Position numbers and translations under genes: made by a program. DNA of 64,000 nucleotides from Bacteroidota bacterium (GTDB lineage Bacteria; Bacteroidota; Bacteroidia; 2-12-FULL-35-15): contig JAOQAD010000016.1 in assembly GCA_025963775.1 (NCBI GenBank), positions 1,741-65,740 of the forward strand. Reading direction: 5' to 3'. The notes beneath the pieces were generated by a model. It searched no databases and was not told where the DNA came from. It saw only the letters and a program-made list of their open reading frames with translations. This document shows positions 24,890 through 33,519 of the stretch, in pieces; the first letter of the stretch is position 1, and every line of letters begins with the position of its first letter.

Positions 24890-26608
24890 TTAGCCTTTTT
24901 TAGGCGGTGCCGGTGGTGCAGGCGGTGCTGAAAGCTTTGAGCTGTCAATTGCCGGGCTGGCTTCAAGGCCTTCACAGTCGATGCACTGCAACCCTCTTTT
25001 TGTCATGATCCACCTGCGCTCCAGCATATCTTCATCAAGCACATCGTTCACATTGTGAATGTCAAAGATGATCCTTTCCATGCTTTTGTCCATGTAAATA
25101 ATCTTGTTCACCGGCACTTTCAGGATGAGCTGCAGGTCCTGTGCACGCAGCTTATCCACGTTCTTAACATCGTAAAAGTCGTTGAAGGAAATGCTGGAAT
25201 CATTTTGTGTGATCGAGTACTCAATGTTCTTCGCCCTGTTCAATGCATCCTTCCTGTCGAAGCCGTTTGCCGTGCGGATGGCAACCAGCTCAAAGCTGTC
25301 GGTTTCGCTGGGCACAATGTCCATCACCGGGTAGCCGAAGCGGAATTTCTCATCATCTTTTGAGATCAGCACCCATTCGCCGAAGTTAATGTGTCCGTAG
25401 TGGTACCTGTTGATCCTGTCCCATTCCTCTTCTTCTCCTGAAAATTTCACATCGAGGTACATCGTTCCGTTCTGCGGCTGCTTTATATAAATGCGCTGCT
25501 TATGGCTTGCCTGGTTGGAAAAATCGCTTCCGATCATGCTTCCGATGTAGAACATAAGCACTAAGCCGCAAAGCCAGAGGATGTTCGCTGTGTATTTCAC
25601 AATGCGGTTCTTTTGTTTGATGCCGAACAAAAAGCGGATGCCGTTGTAGATGACCATTAGCAAGGGAACGCCAAGGAAAAGTACCAGTCCGAGCACTACA
25701 AGCTCAACCGAAAGATCGGCCGGCAATGCAACAGCGCTGTATTCGTACAGTGAAAAGCGGATGCTTCCCCCCGGGCCGTAAAAAGGGTTAATAGTGCCTT
25801 TTCCAAAGATGGTGGCCAGGAGGCCAACCATCAGTATAATACCAATAAATACAAGGAATACAGCTACTATCTTACCTACCACTTTTATCATGTTGTGGAA
25901 CACATCGCCTACGAATTCTGTGGCACGCCTCGCACTTGATTTGATGCGGGCTTTATTTTCAGGGGAGCTCACATCGTCGCCGAAGCCTTTCATTCTTTTT
26001 TTGAAATCCTCGAACTCATCGTTCACTGCTTTCCCGATGTTGTTCACATCCACCTTTTCCCCGCGCATTTCCAGCTTTTCAGCGGTAGTTTTTGCTTCCG
26101 GGATGATCATCCAGAGGATGATGTATAACAGGAATCCTGATCCGAAGATGAAGAAGCTGATCGCAAATGCACCACGCAGCCAGATCGGGTCGAAGTCGAA
26201 ATAGTTAGCGATGCCGGAGCAAACGCCGCCCAGCATTTTTTCATCCGGGTCGCGGAACACGCGCCTTCTTCTTCCGTTGTATGTGCTGCGGGATCCTTCA
26301 TTGGCGGTATAATCCGAGGGGCCCGACTCCTGTGCCTGTGCATTGTCGCCCGCAAAATCTTCCGGTTTTCCCATCACTGAAATCACGCTTTCAACGTCCA
26401 TCATCAGCACGGCCTGCTTGGTATTGCTTACTTTTTCCTGGAGCATTTCCGCAATGCGCGATTCGATATCGCTCATTATTTCGTCTCTTCCATCCGAATC
26501 TTTAAAATAACTCCTGATCGTAGAGAGGTATTTATTAAGCTTATCGTATGCATCCTCTTCAATGTGGAAGATGATGCCGCTTAAGTTCATTGTGATTGTA
26601 CGATTCAT
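24890..26608 (-). CDS. PspC domain-containing membrane protein
   Basis: PspC motif MLGGVCSGIANYFDFDPIWLRGAFAISFFIFGSGFLLYIILWMIIPEA, further TM helices and a Pro-rich C-terminus. Confidence 0.85.
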   Translation of the reverse strand: MNRTITMNLSGIIFHIEEDAYDKLNKYLSTIRSYFKDSDGRDEIMSDIESRIAEMLQEKVSNTKQAVLMMDVESVISVMGKPEDFAGDNAQAQESGPSDYTANEGSRSTYNGRRRRVFRDPDEKMLGGVCSGIANYFDFDPIWLRGAFAISFFIFGSGFLLYIILWMIIPEAKTTAEKLEMRGEKVDVNNIGKAVNDEFEDFKKRMKGFGDDVSSPENKARIKSSARRATEFVGDVFHNMIKVVGKIVAVFLVFIGIILMVGLLATIFGKGTINPFYGPGGSIRFSLYEYSAVALPADLSVELVVLGLVLFLGVPLLMVIYNGIRFLFGIKQKNRIVKYTANILWLCGLVLMFYIGSMIGSDFSNQASHKQRIYIKQPQNGTMYLDVKFSGEEEEWDRINRYHYGHINFGEWVLISKDDEKFRFGYPVMDIVPSETDSFELVAIRTANGFDRKDALNRAKNIEYSITQNDSSISFNDFYDVKNVDKLRAQDLQLILKVPVNKIIYMDKSMERIIFDIHNVNDVLDEDMLERRWIMTKRGLQCIDCEGLEASPAIDSSKLSAPPAPPAPPKKG

Positions 26609-26662
26609 TTTCTTTAGTATTTAAATGTTGTCTGTTCTTGGTTTGTGGTTTTCCCCTTGTGT

Positions 26663-27004
26663 TTATTCGCCCGGGATTGGCCTGTTGGTTGTTTTGTGAA
26701 CCGCTTCCACCAACTCTTTCCAAGTGGTGTCGAGCTCTTTGAGGAACTGTTCGCCTACAGGGGTGAGCTTGTAGTATTTGCGTGGAGGGCCGGATGTGGA
26801 TTCTTCCCAGCGATAGCTTAATAAGCCGTCATTTTTCAGGCGCATCAGCAGCGGGTAAAGTGTTCCTTCCACAACGATCAGTTTTGCTTCCTTCATCTTT
26901 TGAATGATTTCAGATGGATAATTTTCACCATTTGAAAGGATGGACAGAATACAAAACTCAAGAACCCCTTTTTTCATCTGCGCTTTTGTGTTTTCTATAT
27001 TCAT
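26663..27004 (-). CDS. PadR family transcriptional regulator
   Basis: KKGVLEFCILSILSNGENYPSEIIQKM...GTLYPLLMRLKNDGLLSYRWEES is a winged-HTH PadR signature. Confidence 0.9.
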   Translation of the reverse strand: MNIENTKAQMKKGVLEFCILSILSNGENYPSEIIQKMKEAKLIVVEGTLYPLLMRLKNDGLLSYRWEESTSGPPRKYYKLTPVGEQFLKELDTTWKELVEAVHKTTNRPIPGE

Positions 27005-27429
27005 GGTTCGTTTTTGTTAAATGTGTATGCGTGTTAAATTGGTTCGAACAATTTTTTAATCTTTAATCATAATGATCGTTCATTGATCCTCATTATAAAC
27101 ACACCCCTAAGCCCTCTTCCTTCGAATCGCTCAGTATAAACCGGGGAATCGATCCTGCTAATTATAAGCATTGGGCACGGAGCATATTTGTAATCCGGAT
27201 TCATAAACAAGGAACTTAAACTTCAATCAGTAGTAACTTTTAATTTTCCAATTCTAAAAATTCTCTAATTCTAAAATTTGTTATAGTGCTATACCTACAA
27301 ATTGACATTGCAAAGATATATACAAAAGGTAGTACCTTGTATCACATAGTACTAAAATAATTTCATTATAATGCTTAAGCTATTGATTTTCAGTTAGAAA
27401 AAATTTATCGTGATTAAAAGAAATCTCCT

Positions 27430-27437
27430 TATTTTTG
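27430..27437 (+). promoter_or_regulatory. Candidate -7 box TATTTTTG for the TerC-family gene
   Basis: Exact TAnnTTTG 17 nt upstream of ATG27454. Confidence 0.45.
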
Positions 27438-27453
27438 TAAAAATTATTCGATT

Positions 27454-28227
27454 ATGCATTTAGCGCAGGATTTCCAGGAACTTTTTTCAGTAGCTTCCAT
27501 CATCAGCTTATTAACTTTATCCGTATTGGAAATAGTCCTGGGTATCGATAATATCATTTTCATCTCCATTATTGCAGGTAAACTGCCGAAAGCAAGCCAG
27601 GGAAAGGCCCGCACAATAGGCCTTATGCTTGCGCTGATCATGCGTGTAGCGCTGCTTTTCAGCATTTCCTGGATCGCAGGCCTGAAAGACCCTTTGTTTA
27701 TGATCGGGGAGTTCGGGGTAACCGGGCGCGACCTGATCCTGTTCGCAGGGGGCGTTTTCCTGTTATACAAAACAACTACCGAGCTGCATAACAAGGTGCA
27801 GGGCTATGACGATGAGCAAATGAGCGTAAAAAAAGTAAGCTTTAACGCGATCGTTTTACAGATCGTGCTGATCGATATCGTATTCTCCTTTGATTCCATC
27901 CTTACTGCCGTAGGCCTTGTAAGCAACCTCGTGATCATGGTCCTCGCGGTGATCGTAGCAATGATCATTATGATCCTTTTTTCCGGCAAGGTGAGCGATT
28001 TTATCAATGAAAATCCAACCATCAAGGTACTGGCTTTATCATTTCTCTTAATGATCGGCGTGGTGCTGATCCTCGAAGCTTTCCACGAGCATGTGGATAA
28101 GAAATTCATCTACATCTGTATCGCCTTCTCACTCTTTGTTGAGCTGCTGAACATCCGCATGCGCAGGAAAGAGGAAAAACGGCGGAAGAGCAGGGATACG
28201 AATAACGACCGGCGGGATATTATTTAG
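27454..28227 (+). CDS. TerC family integral membrane protein
   Basis: LEIVLGIDNIIFISIIAGKLP and the second repeat DIVFSFDSILTAVG are typical of the TerC/Alx/YkoY family. 7 or more TM helices. Confidence 0.9.
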   Translation: MHLAQDFQELFSVASIISLLTLSVLEIVLGIDNIIFISIIAGKLPKASQGKARTIGLMLALIMRVALLFSISWIAGLKDPLFMIGEFGVTGRDLILFAGGVFLLYKTTTELHNKVQGYDDEQMSVKKVSFNAIVLQIVLIDIVFSFDSILTAVGLVSNLVIMVLAVIVAMIIMILFSGKVSDFINENPTIKVLALSFLLMIGVVLILEAFHEHVDKKFIYICIAFSLFVELLNIRMRRKEEKRRKSRDTNNDRRDII

Positions 28228-28282
28228 TTGGGAGTAGGGAGAGCGGAGTTCTGAGTTCATCTCAATGTTATAGAATTAATTA

Positions 28283-28380
28283 GCGTCAGTTCGAGTAGCG
28301 AGGCACGAGCGTATCGAGAACAAGCCAACGCAACGCCCCCACTTTCTCGATACTCTCCCTTCGGTCGAACTCGAAATGAC
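28283..28380. repeat. REP/MITE-like element, family B (complete)
   Basis: Left arm GCGTCAGTTCGAGTAGCGAGGCACGAGCGTATCGAGAAC and right arm TTCTCGATACTCTCCCTTCGGTCGAACTCGAAATGAC. Termini GTCAG...ATGAC are inverted. Confidence 0.8.
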
Positions 28381-28404
28381 CTGCACGCGCATTACCTGCA
28401 AATT

Positions 28405-28581
28405 GGTAATTCGTAAATTCTTACAGATTCGTATTTCACAGCGTTAGAAATAAGATCCCCCGGGCAAGCTCGGGATAACAACACAGGCAGCTCATCCCCG
28501 CAGATTAGTGATTAGTAAATTCGTACAGATTCGTATTTCGTAGAGAGTTGGAATAAGATCCCCGGGTAAGCTCGGGATGAC
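28405..28581. repeat. Two tandem ~103-bp units (family C core plus CCCGGG hairpin arm)
   Basis: Both units contain TAAATTC(T/G)TACAGATTCGTATTTC...AATAAGATCCCC(C)GGG(C/T)AAGCTCGGGAT(A/G)AC. The second ends at the yihY-like stop. Confidence 0.75.
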
Positions 28582-28583
28582 AC

Positions 28584-29510
28584 CTAATTCATCAATTCCT
28601 TCATTTTGCTTTTCGCTGTGTGAATGCTGGCGTTCAGGTCGAATCCCAGCAACAGGATCAGTGAGTTGATGTAGATCCACATCATGATCACGATGAGCGT
28701 TCCGATAGAGCCGTAAAGCTTGTTGTACTTCCCGAAATTATTCACATAATAAGCAAATGCAAAAGATGCAGCAGCGATCAGTATGGTTGCGAACATCGAC
28801 CCTGCAGAGAAGAACTTCCAGCCTTTTTTACGCTTCGGCCCGATGTAATAATTGAAGGAAATAAGGCAGAAGCACAATCCGAACAGCACGGTCCATTTAC
28901 CGAACAGCAGCAGGTAATAGGCTGTCCTGTCGGCATGCACCAGCTTGTGCAGCCCGATCTCACTGAAGATGATCAGCGTAATGGCAATGGTGATCATAAG
29001 AATGGTAGCAAATACCATGATGAGCGAAACCAGCCGTTGATACAGCGGTTTACGGGTTTCAATGGTATGATATGTTTCATTGAAAGCATTGATCATCGCG
29101 TTAAAGCCATTGGTGGAAAAGTACAGTGCGGAAATAAAACCGAAAGAAAGCAATCCGCTCCTTGGCTTCTGGATAATATCGGTAATGGTTTCTTCCGCCG
29201 CTTCAAAAGCACTTTTAGGCATCACGCTGCGCAGCATTTCGAACAGCTGAAACTGGAAATTTTTGATCGGGATGTAAGGGATGAGCGTGAACAAAAAGAT
29301 GATAGAAGGGAAGAGGGCAAGGAAAAAGCTGAATGCAAGCGAGGTGGCACGCATGTTCACCGAGCCGTTCTTCATCCCTTTAAAAAAAAATTTGGAAACA
29401 ACATAAAGCGACTGTCCTTCAAACCCCGGAATGACGATCCTCCTGCTGCCTTTCATAAAGGAATGCGCAGGTTTGAATTTTACCAATCTCCTGGTGTTCT
29501 TTAGCTCCAT
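28584..29510 (-). CDS. YihY/BrkB (virulence factor BrkB) family membrane protein
   Basis: NMRATSLAFSFFLALFPSIIFLFTLIPYIP, ...YGSIGTLIVIMMWIYINSLILLLG and about 6 TM helices. Confidence 0.85.
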   Translation of the reverse strand: MELKNTRRLVKFKPAHSFMKGSRRIVIPGFEGQSLYVVSKFFFKGMKNGSVNMRATSLAFSFFLALFPSIIFLFTLIPYIPIKNFQFQLFEMLRSVMPKSAFEAAEETITDIIQKPRSGLLSFGFISALYFSTNGFNAMINAFNETYHTIETRKPLYQRLVSLIMVFATILMITIAITLIIFSEIGLHKLVHADRTAYYLLLFGKWTVLFGLCFCLISFNYYIGPKRKKGWKFFSAGSMFATILIAAASFAFAYYVNNFGKYNKLYGSIGTLIVIMMWIYINSLILLLGFDLNASIHTAKSKMKELMN

Positions 29511-30392
29511 TTATATCGCTTTTAAGCTAAGGTCAAGGCTTTTGATGTGGTGCGTAAGGGCTCCGACTGAAATAAAATCAACCCCGCATTTTGCAAAATT
29601 ACGGATCGTTTTTTCATTGATGCCGCCGGATGCTTCGGTTTCGTACTTGCCGCCGATCAGCTTCACAGCTTTGCGGATATCGGCATAGCCGAAATTATCG
29701 AGCATGATCCTGTGCACTTTTCCTACGGCAAGGATCTGCTTCACTTCATCTAAATCACGCGCTTCTATTTCGATCTTCAGTTTCTTTTTATTCGCTTTGA
29801 GGTATTCATTCGCCGCTTTGATGGCCTGTGGGATTCCGCCGGCGTAGTCGATGTGGTTGTCCTTGATCAGGATCATGTCATACAGGCCAATGCGGTGATT
29901 GGCGCCGCCCCCGATCACAACTGCCCATTTTTCGAGTCCGCGTAAGTTCGGCGTAGTCTTGCGCGTATCGATCACCTTTGCTTTTGTGCCTTTGCAGAGG
30001 GCAACAAGCGTATTTGTTTTTGTCGCGATGCCGCTCATGCGCTGCATGCAGTTGAGCACCAGCCTTTCGGCGACGAGTATGGATTGTGATCTTCCTTCAA
30101 CGGTAAGTACGATGTCGCCGGTTTTGATGCGGCTGCCATCTTTCAGAAGGATTTTTACTTTGAGGGCAGGGTCAACTGCTTTAAAGATCTGCAGGGCGAG
30201 CTCCACACCTGCGAGGATGCCGTTCTCTTTAACGAGCAGCTTTGCTTTTCCTGTTGCATCCTGCGGAATGCAGGCGAGTGAGGTATGGTCGCCATCGCCG
30301 ATGTCTTCGGCCAAAGCCCTGGAAATAAATTGTGGTATGCTGAAATTATAAAGTTGTTCTGGCTTTATGGATTTACTCATTTTCAGTTTCAA
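29511..30392 (-). CDS. nadC: Nicotinate-nucleotide pyrophosphorylase (quinolinate phosphoribosyltransferase)
   Basis: DIGDGDHTS, ...DTRKTTPNLRGLEKWAV..GGGANHRIGLYDMILIKDNH, ...MLDNF. The start may be ATG30380 (MSKS...) instead. Confidence 0.92.
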   Translation of the reverse strand: MKLKMSKSIKPEQLYNFSIPQFISRALAEDIGDGDHTSLACIPQDATGKAKLLVKENGILAGVELALQIFKAVDPALKVKILLKDGSRIKTGDIVLTVEGRSQSILVAERLVLNCMQRMSGIATKTNTLVALCKGTKAKVIDTRKTTPNLRGLEKWAVVIGGGANHRIGLYDMILIKDNHIDYAGGIPQAIKAANEYLKANKKKLKIEIEARDLDEVKQILAVGKVHRIMLDNFGYADIRKAVKLIGGKYETEASGGINEKTIRNFAKCGVDFISVGALTHHIKSLDLSLKAI

Positions 30393-30762
30393 TTCTAAAT
30401 AGCTGGATCTGGCTTTGAGTGCCCAGCTTGATCAGGAAATAGGTCCTGAACTTGCCGTTGGAGGTTTCGAGCGTTCCGATCACGTATTGGGAGCCGTTCT
30501 TCGGTTCGCTTTTGTGCGCAACGGTAAAGGACTTCACGGCATGCTTGCTGAAAAAATCCTTAAGGATCATCTCTGCCTGCTGCTTGCTGTATACATCGTC
30601 CTGGTCGATTACCTTTAAATCGATATTTTCAATAAAGAATTTGGAAATGTTCTTGGGATTGCCGGAGCGGATCGCGGCAGCAATATCGTCTATCACATCG
30701 ATCCGGAAGGCGAAGGATGAGAAAGCGATGATAAATAATGCAAGAACTGTTTTGGTTTTCAT
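30373..30762 (-). CDS. DUF4783-like small secreted protein
   Basis: Signal peptide. AAAIRSGNPKNISKFF...DLKVIDQDDVYSKQQAEMILKDFF matches my recollection of the family usually found upstream of nadC in Bacteroidota. Confidence 0.65.
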   Translation of the reverse strand: MKTKTVLALFIIAFSSFAFRIDVIDDIAAAIRSGNPKNISKFFIENIDLKVIDQDDVYSKQQAEMILKDFFSKHAVKSFTVAHKSEPKNGSQYVIGTLETSNGKFRTYFLIKLGTQSQIQLFRIETENE

Positions 30763-30897
30763 TTTATGTGTTTATTTGCCTTGTTCTTTGCAATAATTGA
30801 GCCAGCATGCGGTACAGCGCTTTCCCGATCTTCTTTCCCGCTTTGTTTGGCTATGCCACAAAAATATAGTTTTTTTGCATGTAAATCAGCAAATCAA

Positions 30898-31371
30898 ATG
30901 AAAATTACGCTTATTCTTAATGGCCGCACCGAGGACGATTACATTATCAGGGGTTTTTCCGTATACGAGCAGCGGCTGAAGCATTACCTGCCTTTTGAAA
31001 CAGTGGTGATCCCGGCGCTGAAGAACACGAAGGCAATGAGCGTGGAGCAGCAGAAGCAGAAGGAAGGGGAGCTGATCCTGAAAAGCATACAAAGCTCCGA
31101 TAAGCTGATCCTGCTGGATGAGAACGGCAGGGAATATCATTCGGCCGGCTTTGCGGAGTTTGTGCAGCAGCAAATGAATTCGGGGATCAAAAACCTTGTG
31201 TTCGTGGTGGGCGGGCCGTATGGCTTTTCAGAAGAGATCTACAAGCGGGCGAATGGGAAGCTCTCGCTTTCGAAAATGACTTTTTCACACCAGATGGTGC
31301 GCTTGTTCTTTGTGGAACAGGTGTACAGGGCAATGACGATACTGAAGAATGAACCGTATCATCATCAGTAG
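30898..31371 (+). CDS. rlmH: 23S rRNA (pseudouridine1915-N3)-methyltransferase
   Basis: Start moved to ATG30898 (MKITLILNGRTEDDY...). C-terminus LSLSKMTFSHQMVRLFFVEQVYRAMTILKNEPYHH is the SPOUT RlmH signature. Confidence 0.9.
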   Translation: MKITLILNGRTEDDYIIRGFSVYEQRLKHYLPFETVVIPALKNTKAMSVEQQKQKEGELILKSIQSSDKLILLDENGREYHSAGFAEFVQQQMNSGIKNLVFVVGGPYGFSEEIYKRANGKLSLSKMTFSHQMVRLFFVEQVYRAMTILKNEPYHHQ

Positions 31372-31398
31372 TGAATTAATATGCTATTGATAGTGATT

Positions 31399-31927
31399 GT
31401 CATTCCGTGCCACGACACGGAATCTCTGCGGAATGTTACGGTTGGCAGGATTCCCTTCAACTCATGATTATAGCGAGATCCCGTGTCGGAGCACGGGATG
31501 ACCGGTATCATCAGTAGGATGTAATTTGATTGAGAATGATCGTCATTCCGTGCCACGACACGGAATCTCTACGCAATGTTACGGCTGGCAGGATTTCCTC
31601 TCGCACGTTCTCGACTCCGCTCGAACTGGCACCACGCGTTTGTCCATTCGAGCGGAGCACGGGATGACCGGTATGATCAGTAGGATATAATTTGAGTGAG
31701 AATGATCGTCATTCCGTGCCACGACACGGAATCTCTACGCGATGTTAAGGCTGGCAGAATTTCCTTTCGCACGTTCCCGAATCGCCCGAACTGACAAGAG
31801 GACATCCTCTGCGTTCCATGCGCCTCTGCGAGAAATATACTTTGCGTTCTTAGCGTCTTTGCGAGAAAGGTAAGGCCCTCACACGTTCTCGATACATTTT
31901 TCCGAAAAGAAAAACACTCGAACTGAC
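31399..31927. repeat. Composite array of nested REP/MITE-like units (families A and B), including a ~164-bp tandem duplication
   Basis: GTCATTCCGTGCCACGACACGGAATCTCT starts at 31399, 31542 and 31708. ACCGGTAT(C/G)ATCAGTAGGAT...GAATGATC units start at 31501 and 31665. Family-B arms (...TTCTCGACTCCGCTCGAACTGGC, ...CACTCGAACTGAC) are interleaved. Confidence 0.85.
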
Positions 31928-31935
31928 ATCGCGCG

Positions 31936-32769
31936 CTACCGCCTGATCAACTCAACACCCTTATCCGTCAGTTTCACCAATTGCTCTTTGTAAAGGGCGC
32001 CCACGGCTTTTTTGAAGGCTTTTTTGCTGATCTGCAATGCTGCTTTTATTTCTTCGGGTGAGCTGCCATCATGCAGCGGAAGAAATCCGTCTTTCTGCTT
32101 GAGGAGATTTAAAATTTTCCATTTCACATCATCCACTAATTCGTAGCCGCTTTTCTGCAGGCTCAGGTCGATCTTATTGTCTTCACGTACCTGCTTCACA
32201 TATCCTTTTACACGGTCGCCGATGCGGATGGTATCGAAGATCTCGTTGCGGTAGATCAATCCCGCATACGTGTTATTGATGATCGCGTTGAAGCCTTTGT
32301 CGGTTTCGGAAAAAATGAGCAGGTCTACAATGTCGCCCTCACGAAGGCCGATATCATCGTGCTCAATGAATTTGTTCAGTTTGGCGCTTGCCACGATCCG
32401 GTCGGTTTCCTCATCCACATACACATACACCACGTAGCTTTTTCCTTCTTCGAGCTTGCCCACCTGTTCGCGGAAAGGCACCAGTAAATTCTTTTCCATT
32501 CCCCAGTCGAGGAAGGCGCCCATGCTGTTGGCCTGCTGCACTTCGAGGAATGCAAATTCCCCTGCCAGCGCGTAAGGCTTAATGGTAGTGGTGATCAGCC
32601 TGCCTTCCGAATCGCGGAACACAAACACATCCATCACATCGCCGATGCGGGTATCCTTCGGCACCCATTTCAAAGGCATCAGGATCTCGTGCGTTCCATC
32701 GGTAAGATAGATCCCGAAATCCATTTCCTTGATTACTTTTAATTCGTTATAGCGGCCTACCTGGATCAT
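31936..32769 (-). CDS. S1-like RNA-binding protein (CvfB/YitL family)
   Basis: MIQVGRYNELKVIKEMDFGIYL..., repeated S1-like barrels, and a C-terminal winged helix (...AVGALYKEQLV). Confidence 0.85.
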   Translation of the reverse strand: MIQVGRYNELKVIKEMDFGIYLTDGTHEILMPLKWVPKDTRIGDVMDVFVFRDSEGRLITTTIKPYALAGEFAFLEVQQANSMGAFLDWGMEKNLLVPFREQVGKLEEGKSYVVYVYVDEETDRIVASAKLNKFIEHDDIGLREGDIVDLLIFSETDKGFNAIINNTYAGLIYRNEIFDTIRIGDRVKGYVKQVREDNKIDLSLQKSGYELVDDVKWKILNLLKQKDGFLPLHDGSSPEEIKAALQISKKAFKKAVGALYKEQLVKLTDKGVELIRR

Positions 32770-32813
32770 TTTTATAAGTTAAAAGGGGATAAGTTAAAAG
32801 TAAGTTGAAAATG

Positions 32814-33179
32814 TTAAATTCCTCCATCGCTCTCATCGCGCTTTTTCACGCCTTCGAGCACCGAAGTGGTAAGCGATAGGATGAGGCTGAAAAGCAGCGC
32901 GTACCAGAATCCGTCCACATGAAAGCCATCCACGATCTTTGCGGCAAGCAGGATCATGAGTGCATTGATCACGAGCAGGAACAATCCCAAGGTAACTACG
33001 GTGATCGGGATCGTTAAAATGATCATGATCGGCTTGATCACGGCATTTAAGAATGCAAGAACGGCAGCAACCACCAGCGCTGTGAGGAAGCTATTATTGT
33101 CGATGCTTACTCCCGGCAAAATATACGAGGAGATCAAAACAGCAAGCGTTGAAATCACAAGTTGGATCAAAAACTTCAT
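32814..33179 (-). CDS. Phage-holin-4_2 / YvlD-like small membrane protein
   Basis: Start trimmed to ATG33179 (MKFLIQLVISTLAVLISSYILPGV). 4 TM helices with NAVIKPIMIILTIPITVVTLGLFLLVINALM. Confidence 0.75.
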   Translation of the reverse strand: MKFLIQLVISTLAVLISSYILPGVSIDNNSFLTALVVAAVLAFLNAVIKPIMIILTIPITVVTLGLFLLVINALMILLAAKIVDGFHVDGFWYALLFSLILSLTTSVLEGVKKRDESDGGI

Positions 33180-33194
33180 TTCTTTTATTTTTTG

Positions 33195-33202
33195 CAAAGT
33201 TA
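33195..33202 (-). promoter_or_regulatory. Candidate -7 box TAACTTTG
   Basis: Exact TAnnTTTG on the minus strand, 16 nt upstream of ATG33179. Supports the trimmed start. Confidence 0.45.
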
Positions 33203-33250
33203 ATATTAAAAACGTCATCGCGGATTACGTTAATTATCGTAATCATTATA

Positions 33251-33367
33251 GCGTCAGTTCGAGTGTTTTCTGACGATAGGAAGAAAATGTATCGAGAACA
33301 AGCTATTGAATCATTCTGCTGACGACACTTCCCGATACGCTCCAAGCGTTCCGCACTCGATTGACAT
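33251..33367. repeat. REP/MITE-like element, family B (diverged copy)
   Basis: GCGTCAGTTCGAGTG...GTATCGAGAACAAGCTATTGAATCATTC...CGATACGCTCC...CACTCGATTGAC. Confidence 0.7.
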
Positions 33368-33395
33368 ACCGTTATTAGTTTACCATATCATCTTA

Positions 33396-33518
33396 GCGTC
33401 AGTTCGAGTAGCGAGGTACGAGCGTATCGAGAACAAGCTATCGAATTCATTCTTACTAACAATTCATTCGGCTAACAACACTTCTCGATACTCTCCCTCC
33501 GGTCGAACTCGAAGTGAC
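33396..33518. repeat. REP/MITE-like element, family B (complete); abuts the stop of the 33520 gene
   Basis: GCGTCAGTTCGAGTAGCGAGGTACGAGCGTATCGAGAACAAGCTATCGAATTCATTC...TTCTCGATACTCTCCCTCCGGTCGAACTCGAAGTGAC. Confidence 0.8.
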
Positions 33519-33519
33519 A

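Noticed and set aside
27005-27453. yybP-ykoY (Mn2+) riboswitch upstream of the TerC-family gene.
   Set aside because: TerC genes often carry this riboswitch. However, I could not find the conserved GGGGAGUAG and GAGAC-type segments or a convincing four-helix layout on the plus strand. The closest match, CGGGGAATCG, is poor. A covariance-model scan would settle it.
31399-31927. Possible CRISPR array, given regularly recurring ~29-58-bp repeats.
   Set aside because: The sequences between the repeats are themselves repeated (a 164-bp tandem unit). The spacing is irregular (143 and 166 bp). The repeats are members of families dispersed singly across the window. No cas genes or leader are present.
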